DNA of 26,280 nucleotides from Plasmodiophora brassicae (Eukaryota): NCBI GenBank assembly GCA_036867785.1, contig CP145424.1, positions 868,001 to 894,280 of the forward strand, read 5' to 3'. Shown piece by piece: positions 11,401 to 18,437 of this stretch (position 1 is its first letter; each line of letters starts with the position of its first letter). The notes under the pieces were generated by a model. It saw only the letters and a program-made list of their open reading frames with translations, ran no database searches and was not told where the DNA came from. The position numbers and the translations under genes were made by a program.

Positions 11401-13354
11401 CGGTGAGCAACACCACGAACCTTTGTCGTTCATCTCGGGGACATTCCGTGGTTCTCAATTGAAGTGGGCGACCATTGAGAAGGAGGCCTACGCCATCATT
11501 GAAGGCTGCTATCGCCTCAGACACTTCATCTCTATGTCAAAGCTGGCACTTCGAATCTTCACAGACCACCGTAATTTGGTTTTCATTCTGAACCCAGCCT
11601 CGGTTGCACGAATTAGTCGGACGACCGGCGATCGCTTGGAGCGCTGGCGACTTCAGATTATCGACCTAGATTTTCACATTGAGCACATTGCTGGGGAGGA
11701 CAACGTTTGGGCCGACCTCGCCACGCGGTGGGGCGTCGCCCTGCAACCACTCTCCTCATTTTCCCCTCCATCGTTCCGTTCTATTCGTCATATGGCAATT
11801 AATCTTGACTTCGACGATTACAAGATGACCGATGAGTTTATCTGGCCGTCTGTCGACGAGATTAGTAACGCTCAGACCGACTACATTCGCCAACACGACC
11901 TATCTGCCGTTTCCGATATTCTCCAACTCGAAGGGGACATGTCTCTCCACCTTAGCCCGGAATCTGGCTGGCGTACTCCAGACAATCAACTCTGGGTACC
12001 ATCACATGCACTGCAGCTACGCATCGCAGTGATTTCACATATGGGACTGTCTGGTCATCAACCTGCTGCATCGACTATTTCGAGCATCGCACAACTCTTC
12101 TGGTGGCCTGATCTGGATTCCTTTGTTCGTGCATTTGTGGACAAATGCTTACACTGCCTACGCAACAAAGATTCGATGATTCCCCGACCTTTTGGCACGG
12201 CTATGCATGCGGACAAGCCCAATAAGGTCATCCACTATGACTTTCTGTTCTTATCCAAACCTCGTCCAGGCGATTCTCATCAACTTCGTTATGTTCTGGT
12301 TCTGAAGGACGACGCCACGGCATTCGTCGAGTTAATTCCTTGTCAATTCGCGGATCACAGCGTTGTCGCCGAATCTCTTCTGGATTGGTTCAAACGTTTC
12401 GGCATTGTTTTCCAACATGTCTCTGACCGCGGCACACACTTCAAAAACGCGGTTATCGCCGAGCTTAATAGCCGGTTACACTGCAACCATCATTTCACAA
12501 CTGCCTACACACCTTGGGCGAACGGCACGGTTGAGGTTGTCAACAAGCGGCTTCTCTTTCTGCTGAAGTCCCTCCTCTCCGAGCTAAATCTTCCATTCCA
12601 GGATTGGCCGTATGTCCTTCCGCTGATCAACATGACGGTAAATCACACTGTTCGATCAAGTGTGGGCTACGCGCCTGTCACGATGTTTACGGGTTTGCCA
12701 CCCTCGACACCTATCTCGATTATCTTCAACAAACGCATCGACGCGGTTATCGACGTACCGTTGACCCCTGACCGTCTCAAGGAAATGACGACGGAACTTA
12801 TCGATTCTCTCGAGGACATGCACAAAGCAGTGGCACGTACACGCACCCATCTACGTGATCTCAAGCAACGCGCCCGGCGTCGCCGACGCAATGTTCGCGA
12901 GATCAACTTCACGACGGGCGACTATGTTCTCGTGGCCAACCATGGCAAGCACTCCAAGTCCGAGTACAACTGGACTGGACCTGCCCAGATTACCGACACC
13001 ATCAACGACTGGGTGTATCGAGTTCGAGATCTCTTGACTGATCGTATCTCAGATGTACACGCCCAGCGCTTAATGTTCTATGCAGATGCGCACTTGAATG
13101 TCACCTCTTCCCTGAAGCACAACATCGCGCTCACCGGCGTGGCTTACCAAGTCAACGCAGTCGAGGACATTCGAGTCAACTCTACGTCAGGTGACACTGA
13201 ACTACTGATCAACTGGATCGGATTCGATGCCACCGACAATTCATGGGAACCTTACTCGGTCATGGCGGCCGATGTTCCTGATATCGTCAGGGCCTTCCTC
13301 GAACGACAAGCCGAAGGAGACCCGCTCTGCTCACGACTGTTAGCAGATTTCTAA
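8465..13354 (+). CDS. Gag-Pol polyprotein, 1629 aa
   Basis: Zn knuckle CLICKEQHWVQVC; protease ADSGA; RT DAFKGYWQ and LWIDDIL; RNase H DASD, EKEAYAI, TDHRNL, NVWAD; integrase H..H..CLHC, HYDFL, SDRGTHF, NGTVE; WTGP motif; chromodomain YQV...LLINWIGFDATDNSWEP (about 13145-13300). Confidence 0.97.
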   Translation: MAGGGRRAPVRLQMEDDARTNSDAEAKEHESSTDDEIDRGLQSTNLHGKSPIFMPLKPPILRTLSLTAKDGINDFLKKYRKHVEIVNERRLIYKEDIHPPTVKSCITEDVLRGMSKYRLRQPASTITDGDIMSYLRSVQRREADVESSTDIKALLTKTVVMNLSIKSIEERVTSFFAKFDELIDDYGLQDTYAKGTKGTKRKIKVLRGGIRPTDLAVLVERAIEFGGCRDAEKDELKFFDLVDRLAKEQDKHFRLQAEKKKSPAQTMSPPAGKKGKDVVAPNRNGGKHPTNPIGLKTAQSSTSQTKDESRDIPEHIRKRFEGKDPPKAGCLICKEQHWVQVCPKATQGERKAAIEKFQKERKEKEESKGNADTAKRMGPPSPSTPSPMRLRFQNSLDLPFEADSGATKTVISQSQLLRIQAIQHVPVKVFDHPTEAKLATIGATTTIVATAIVDITIVPPSHGKPAHLRGREINVCREDLSDDIVLLGAPELDALGINPATQLKEMLIEANGPIIIEADPTPERHAPGGQGITMRAVRHPEVSGTTRDHEPQLDTNDPGDDYDVEIGEHSDTDVDRAIDRMIQRATDSGFPNDQVPRLRTTVNRHKDIWRTKLGRDPPAKVSPLKLHFKADARPVRCRTRRYTLEHQKFMDDHVGTLAENDFVYRNPHSRYASPCLVVDKKDTEVRGHRLTVDINEAVNKQTERIAWPMPHIDIILTYLRSATIFMLFDAFKGYWQFPLHPDSQEACSFMTHIATFTPRRIIQGIADCVFAFQAGMQQVLGKLLYICALLWIDDILGYVSGFGAYMDTLESLLNAFDEFGVKLNPDRCQLYLTSVTWCGRVISADGVSFDRSYLNALHDLSTPITAADLQQFLSGLNWVRSVIPQFAAHVHPLQDLLLSASRSVSSLKKSHLRRVRLADIGWTTDHLTSFNSLKHRLSEAMTLAHPKDEWIMCLFPDASDRFWSVFLSQIPPEDIDLPYGEQHHEPLSFISGTFRGSQLKWATIEKEAYAIIEGCYRLRHFISMSKLALRIFTDHRNLVFILNPASVARISRTTGDRLERWRLQIIDLDFHIEHIAGEDNVWADLATRWGVALQPLSSFSPPSFRSIRHMAINLDFDDYKMTDEFIWPSVDEISNAQTDYIRQHDLSAVSDILQLEGDMSLHLSPESGWRTPDNQLWVPSHALQLRIAVISHMGLSGHQPAASTISSIAQLFWWPDLDSFVRAFVDKCLHCLRNKDSMIPRPFGTAMHADKPNKVIHYDFLFLSKPRPGDSHQLRYVLVLKDDATAFVELIPCQFADHSVVAESLLDWFKRFGIVFQHVSDRGTHFKNAVIAELNSRLHCNHHFTTAYTPWANGTVEVVNKRLLFLLKSLLSELNLPFQDWPYVLPLINMTVNHTVRSSVGYAPVTMFTGLPPSTPISIIFNKRIDAVIDVPLTPDRLKEMTTELIDSLEDMHKAVARTRTHLRDLKQRARRRRRNVREINFTTGDYVLVANHGKHSKSEYNWTGPAQITDTINDWVYRVRDLLTDRISDVHAQRLMFYADAHLNVTSSLKHNIALTGVAYQVNAVEDIRVNSTSGDTELLINWIGFDATDNSWEPYSVMAADVPDIVRAFLERQAEGDPLCSRLLADF

Positions 13355-13355
13355 C

Positions 13356-13363
13356 ACGGGGAG
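13356..13363 (+). other. Short polypurine tract (ACGGGGAG)
   Basis: Purine run immediately 5' of the 3' LTR. Confidence 0.65.
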
Positions 13364-13560
13364 TGTTCATCCAGAGTACCAGTACTCAGATGATGCTGCT
13401 CAGATGCTGCTGCCACCCGGTCACATGATCATGACCGTACTCGACCCCGCAGCGGCCCTTGCTGTGACGATCCTGTCCAAATACATCAGTTCGTTATATC
13501 ACCAGGCGCCGACTCTTGCGACCGACCGCCCCCGTAGTGGGCAGCGGCGGCGTTAGCACA
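13364..13560 (+). repeat. 3' LTR (197 bp)
   Basis: Direct repeat of 8225-8421. Confidence 0.97.
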
Positions 13561-15124
13561 ATGCCAACCCGGGTATCGAGCTCGACTGCGGCGGGCACCT
13601 GCTATCGAGAGCGATCCGCCGAGCGTTGCGCAGGTTCTCCAGGAAGATCGGCTCCCACTTGGGCGTCAACGCCAGCACGTGGCTGTTCGTCCTGCGCGCC
13701 CGGGCCAGCAGAGCTTTCGAATCGCGGTAATACAATTCCGCGTTCTTGAGCGTCTTGTGGCGCGCCGCTTGCCTGATGTGATCGAGGTCGCCACCACCCC
13801 AGATGGCGAACAGGTACGCCGTCTTGCGGATCGAGTGCGGGCCGTACCGGTGCATCGTGTCGTCGCCGACGACAGGCCTGCAAACACGAACGAACTCGGC
13901 GTTGAACTCGTCGTAGGACAATCCATCCGTGAACGATTCGAACGAAGCGGCGCCTCGGTCGATCGCGTCAAGGTGTTGCTTCGTGCCGAAGACCAACCCG
14001 GACTTGATGCGTGTCCGAGACACCAGCGTGAACAACGCCCGGATGGGGCATAGCTTCGGGTGCGAATCAAGCCGGTACAAGACCAGATTGACGGGACCCT
14101 CGGCCTTGGCCCTCTCCGACTTGCCGCAGACCTGCACGACGAGCTGATCGACGCGGTCCAGGTCGTCCTTGGCCGTCATCTCGAGCAAGAAATCTTCAAG
14201 CGCGATGTCGACGATCTCGTCGGCCCGCAGGAACAGGTGGACGCCCAGCAGGATCGACACCCAGGTGGAATAGTCTCGGAGGGAGCCAGTCGCAACGAGC
14301 TGCCGCCTGATCTCCAGCACCTGGTCAGGCAGCAGAGCGAAGTTACCCTCTGCCTTGTACCCCTGCGTCTCGCGTTTCACCCATTGCTTGGTGTCGACCG
14401 CAACTTGACTCAGCACAGGATTGCCGCGCCGCCACAGACGTGGCTGTCCGACGTGATGAAAGCAGCCGAAAGACTGATTCGATCTCGAGAACGTCGCCCA
14501 GCATGTGTCGCAAGAATCATCATGCTGTCCAACATGCAGGCCGCAGGCACTCGCTTGACGCGCCGCCTGGAACGCGTCCCAGCAGGCGTTGCACGCGTCT
14601 TCAAAGTTGCCACGTTGATCGCGCGCCGCATGCACCGCCGTAACGGCCGACTCGAACTGCTCCACGTTGCCAGGGCCATTCCACCCGCCTTGGCAGACGA
14701 CAGGCTGCCCACGCCGATCCAGGACGGGCACGCCCGAGGCATCGACAAGCGGCGTCCCCTGGACGCCCCTCTTGAACCGAACAAAGTTCGATAAGGTCTT
14801 CGCACTCATTGACGGGCAGTGGTCAGATGGCGCATCGTCCTGCAGGACAAGCAGGCTGTCGTAGTCACCGACCAGGCAACAGTAGTACCTTAGTCCACGT
14901 ATGTGCTTGCCGTAGGCATGCACCGAGTTCTTGGCCAGGGGCTTGCTCCCGGTGACAGGGCGGCTCGCTCCTTCCGACACGCGAAGGCGGCGACGAACCA
15001 GGCCCAAACCGACAACGGCGTCCGCCCATAACTCGGCGGGGACATGGTACTTGGCCCGGTTGCTGACACGGAACTGGGCCGCTGTGCGCGTTCGTTGCCC
15101 TCCAGACGATCGTGATCGACCCAT
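13553..15124 (-). pseudogene. 5' part of the Crypton-type tyrosine recombinase gene (complete catalytic domain; now terminates inside the LTR)
   Basis: Catalytic R in LFLRADE (14225-14227), K in GKSE, H-x-x-R in GPHSIRKTAYLFAIWGG (His 13835-13837), ARHK, and Tyr in ELYYRD (about 13730). Cys/His cluster before GNP. First ATG is at 15124; the track start at 15283 is GTG. Confidence 0.88.
13561..13565 (+). repeat. Target-site duplication, right copy (ATGCC)
   Basis: Identical to 8220-8224. Confidence 0.95.
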
Positions 15125-15214
15125 GACGTCGTCGACAATGCGGTGTGGAAACCTGCGTGGGGATGCGTGCGGCGGTGCGCTTGGTTGTACCGGGAGGGGG
15201 TGGCGGCGCCGTCT

Positions 15215-15274
15215 GGTAGGATCCGTGGGTGCGGTAGGATCCGTGGTAGGACCCTGGTAGGACCGTTGGTAGGG
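15215..15274 (+). repeat. Five short direct repeats GGTAGG(A) upstream of the YR start codon
   Basis: Copies start at 15215, 15233, 15245, 15256 and 15268. Confidence 0.8.
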
Positions 15275-15287
15275 ACGATACACGGCG

Positions 15288-15400
15288 TATTTTGAGGTAG
15301 TATATAGTTATAAATACAGGATGATATGACAGGTGTATCCCTTGTCTTGGTTACGCAAAAAACTCCTGAGACCTCCCAAAAACAGCCGCGTTGTTTTTTG
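15288..15400 (-). promoter_or_regulatory. AT-rich island upstream of the YR gene (possible promoter or element end)
   Basis: TATATAGTTATAAATAC in a GC-rich background, plus an imperfect hairpin CAAAAACA...TGTTTTTTG (15377-15400). Confidence 0.35.
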
Positions 15401-16707
15401 CTGGCGGCCCCGGTGGCGTGCGGCGGTGCGGCGTGCGGTCGCCTGGGCGGATGCGCTATACACCATGGAGCGTGCGCCGTCCTCCGACGCCTCCTACACG
15501 AGGTCGCGATGCGCATGCCCGTTGGAGGGCGGTATACGGCACAGACGTGGAGTCCTCTCAACGTGAAGCAGGCGCCGACTCCATGGTGGGCGTCGCCCGC
15601 GACTGACTACTCGACGACGCTGCCGGTCGCCAACGCCGCCTACTGCATCGTCGTCCACGCCCGCCGGATATGCTGTTGTGTTCAGCCTCGCACGTCGCAG
15701 GACGCCGACACCCTGACGCGCCTGTCTGCCGTGCCTGCACCCGCTGCGACGTCGCCGCAGATGGGCAGCACGGCCCAATGGACTCACGACGACCATATCG
15801 CGTCCTGCTGGACGCCTGCCGGCGTGCCCGATCTGTCTGTGTGAACGCCCTGCAGTTGCAGCACTGGTACGTGTCGTCGTCTGATGCACAGGCGTGCAGG
15901 CCCTCTAACACGCTGGACAGGACGCACCTGCTGGCTGTCGCCTGCCGTCGTCCGTCCAGCATGAGCACCTGCCGGGTAGCTGTCATCGTGTCTTGGCGGG
16001 GCTGGTCCAGCATCGCGCCGGCATGCTCCTCAGCTGAGGCGGCGCGCTGGACGTTCGCCGATCGTTGCAATCGGTCGCGCGCGCCGCTGTCGTGCACCAT
16101 GCGTTGATGGCGGACCGAGCAACCAAAGGTCTTCTCGCCGATGTCCCCGTCGGCCTGTCGAGCGGCACCTGCCTGCCCTGCAGGTCTTCCAGCAGGCAGG
16201 TGGCGCCCAGTGTCCGTTGCCGTTGATCGACATGCGCACGCCTATCTGCCGTCGACCACCCGCCGCCGGCGTATCGCCTCACCCAGATCACTACAAGCAG
16301 ATTAGGTCGACACGCGCGAACGCCGGCCCTGCAGGTCGTCCTGGCGTCAGGCGGCGCCGGACGGCATCCTTTGCTGAAGTGGCCGGCGGTCGACAGCGCC
16401 GACGTCGTCCCTGCATGCGTGTCAAGCATGGCAGGTCAGACCAGACGAGCGATGCAGGCGTTTCGGGTGTCGCAGCATGCACGTGAGGCAGGTGATTGCG
16501 CTCGACTCCAAGCAAACGCGGTTCAGTACGTGTCAGAGCGGTCCTACTTCATTATCCCTGAGTTGTACTGCAGCGTGCGGCCTGGCAAGAAGGCGTGAGG
16601 TACAACTTCTCAACAACGCAAACGAATACAACGTCTTTTACGGATCATATGTTCCACCATTCTTTCTACTGCATGGCCAGGCAGATGAACTCGACGATGG
16701 ACAAGCT

Positions 16708-17751
16708 TTATTGCCTTCGCAGTGCGAAGCACCTGTAGAACAGGAGTCGGTAGACCCGCTTGCTGAGCAAGTCGGCGACGTGCGCGTCGGAATACCCTTG
16801 CACGCGACTGGTGTCGCAGAACGCCCAGCCACCACGTGCCTGCTTCACCCAGGACACGTAATGGCCTTCGTCGTGTCCAGCGACGTGGGCATTACCCCAG
16901 TGGTCGACAAGGCCGACCAACTGGAAATACGCATCTCCAACTTGGAAGACCGCCTGTGGCACCACATCCTGCTCAAAGAAGAAATCAGATATGCCCAGGT
17001 TTCCATCCATCATCGTTGTCGGGCCGGCACGTACCACCGCTGTCTTGCGCCGCGCCATACTGATGGTCTGACCATCGAGACCTGGCTCCTGGACGATTTC
17101 GATGGGATCCTGCCGCACCAGCATCACTTGGCCTTCCTCGACCTTGCCCTTCAACTGACGAACCGTCGTGCTTCGGTGCTCCACGTCCTGCCCGCGATTG
17201 CACGGCCGTTCAGCAGTGCACCTCCTGGCGATCGTCGTAGTGTGCTCTAGGGGTAACGCGTCGGCGAGGGACGTTCGGCCGTGCGAACCACCCAGCATAA
17301 CAACCGGGAGCTCGCAGGGCGGACGCCTAGTGACATGGCCGCAGGTCTTGCACGCGTCGACGACATGCTCGACAAAGCCAATGATCGCTCTTTCGATCGG
17401 ATGACCTAGGGCCCCGACAACCTCGTACGCCTGCATCTGCTGCAGCAGCTCCAGCGCGAAGTCGTCGGCATCGTGCTGTTGCCCGGGATCGAACGACCTC
17501 GTCGCCCGGTCAGCGTCGCTGATGGCCTTGATGAGGTCAACCAGGATGTCGGACGCCGCGTTCAGATCCAGACGAGGGTTCATGACCTTATTGTACAGGT
17601 CAATCCAGGGCGCGGGGCCGGAGACACGTTCCCAGCCCGGCAATGACCGCAAGATCTGCACCGGTGCAATCGCGTAGCAAATAGATCGGCAAACGCCTGC
17701 CGCATCATTGTTCGATATGCCCGCTGGCAGTAACGACCCAGCGTCACGCTC
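16708..17751 (-). CDS. Ubiquitin-specific protease (peptidase C19/USP)-like catalytic domain, probably the last exon
   Basis: The frame extends 5' of the ORF-track start to give a Cys box PAGISNN...SICYAIAPVQILRSLP (Cys 17677-17679). Also QQHDADDF, CKTC, His box YFQLVGLVDHWG...GHYVSWVK...WAFCD (His 16861-16863) and terminal YRLLFYR. The frame begins after atttag (17752-17757), a likely splice acceptor. Confidence 0.8.
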   Translation of the reverse strand, partial: ERDAGSLLPAGISNNDAAGVCRSICYAIAPVQILRSLPGWERVSGPAPWIDLYNKVMNPRLDLNAASDILVDLIKAISDADRATRSFDPGQQHDADDFALELLQQMQAYEVVGALGHPIERAIIGFVEHVVDACKTCGHVTRRPPCELPVVMLGGSHGRTSLADALPLEHTTTIARRCTAERPCNRGQDVEHRSTTVRQLKGKVEEGQVMLVRQDPIEIVQEPGLDGQTISMARRKTAVVRAGPTTMMDGNLGISDFFFEQDVVPQAVFQVGDAYFQLVGLVDHWGNAHVAGHDEGHYVSWVKQARGGWAFCDTSRVQGYSDAHVADLLSKRVYRLLFYRCFALRRQ

Positions 17752-18082
17752 CTAAATGTCAATTTCAGCGCCGACTATGACAATTATGCAGTATACCACA
17801 CCTGTGAAGGACTTTGTTCTTCTTTCACCGGTTCGCGGTTGACGCCTTGGGCGGGCCGGCTCGCACGTCCGCCAGGTGTACGTTCGGGTGCCTATGGTCA
17901 ATGCGAGCGTGTTAGATGTTATCTTCGCCTGAGTACCGGCGATGTCAGTTTCGAACCAGTTTTGGCGCTGTGAAACGGCGGTTCGCATGTCCAGTCTGTG
18001 CCTACAGCAGGCGGACGGTCAGTAACGCAGTCGAGGCGGGGTACAAGGAATGCCAACCGAAGCAGGCGGCATGGTGCGCGTG

Positions 18083-18382
18083 TTAGGAGGGTCCTTGATC
18101 ACAGTCGTCGACGTAACCGGCAGAGGCCTCTGCAACGTTCCGCCAGTTCAGTCTACATCCCGCTGGCATCACAATATAGCAACTGACCACAGGGCGTGTC
18201 GTCGTGCCACACAACTTTCGGCGCTTCGCACCCTGATGGCTTCGTTTCTTCTGTGGCACACATCCATCGTCAGTCTGCAAACGGCGTCCAACGCTGTCAA
18301 CCTGGCTTTCGCGCGACGTCGACTGGCACAGCTCGCTGGTGTCCCTTGACGAGTCATCGCTGTCGTCTTCCGAGCTGGACAT
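18083..18382 (-). CDS. Possible first exon of the USP gene (acidic N-terminus with NLS-like KKR...KRRK)
   Basis: ATG start MSSSEDDSDDSS, co-oriented and upstream of the Met-less USP exon. The splice path was not resolved. Confidence 0.35.
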   Translation of the reverse strand: MSSSEDDSDDSSRDTSELCQSTSRESQVDSVGRRLQTDDGCVPQKKRSHQGAKRRKLCGTTTRPVVSCYIVMPAGCRLNWRNVAEASAGYVDDCDQGPS

Positions 18383-18437
18383 CGAGAGGGCGTCTGCAGC
18401 GGCCTGTTGGGAACGCAGTCAGTACAGTAATCCGTGA

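Larger units (their letters stand above)
8225..13560 (+). mobile_element. Full-length Ty3/Gypsy chromodomain-bearing LTR retrotransposon, 5336 bp
   Basis: Two 197-bp TG...CA LTRs, a 5-bp TSD and a single intact gag-pol ORF with domain order PR-RT-RH-IN-chromodomain. Confidence 0.97.
7606..15124 (-). mobile_element. Crypton-like (CryptonS-like) tyrosine-recombinase DNA transposon, disrupted by a Gypsy insertion; true termini not resolved
   Basis: The restored ORF 15124-13561 + 8219-7606 is 2178 nt (725 aa). It has YR catalytic residues and no RT of its own, which argues against DIRS. Confidence 0.75.

Noticed and set aside
8465-15124. DIRS/Ngaro-type retroelement (RT plus YR in one element)
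   Set aside because: The RT belongs to an LTR element with its own DDE integrase, LTRs and TSD. The YR is on the opposite strand and is interrupted by that element.
15326-16700. Many overlapping GC-rich ORFs between the YR and USP genes
   Set aside because: Ala/Arg-rich translations expected by chance at this GC content; no motifs found.
16477-17250. 257-aa plus-strand ORF
   Set aside because: Antisense shadow of the USP coding frame.
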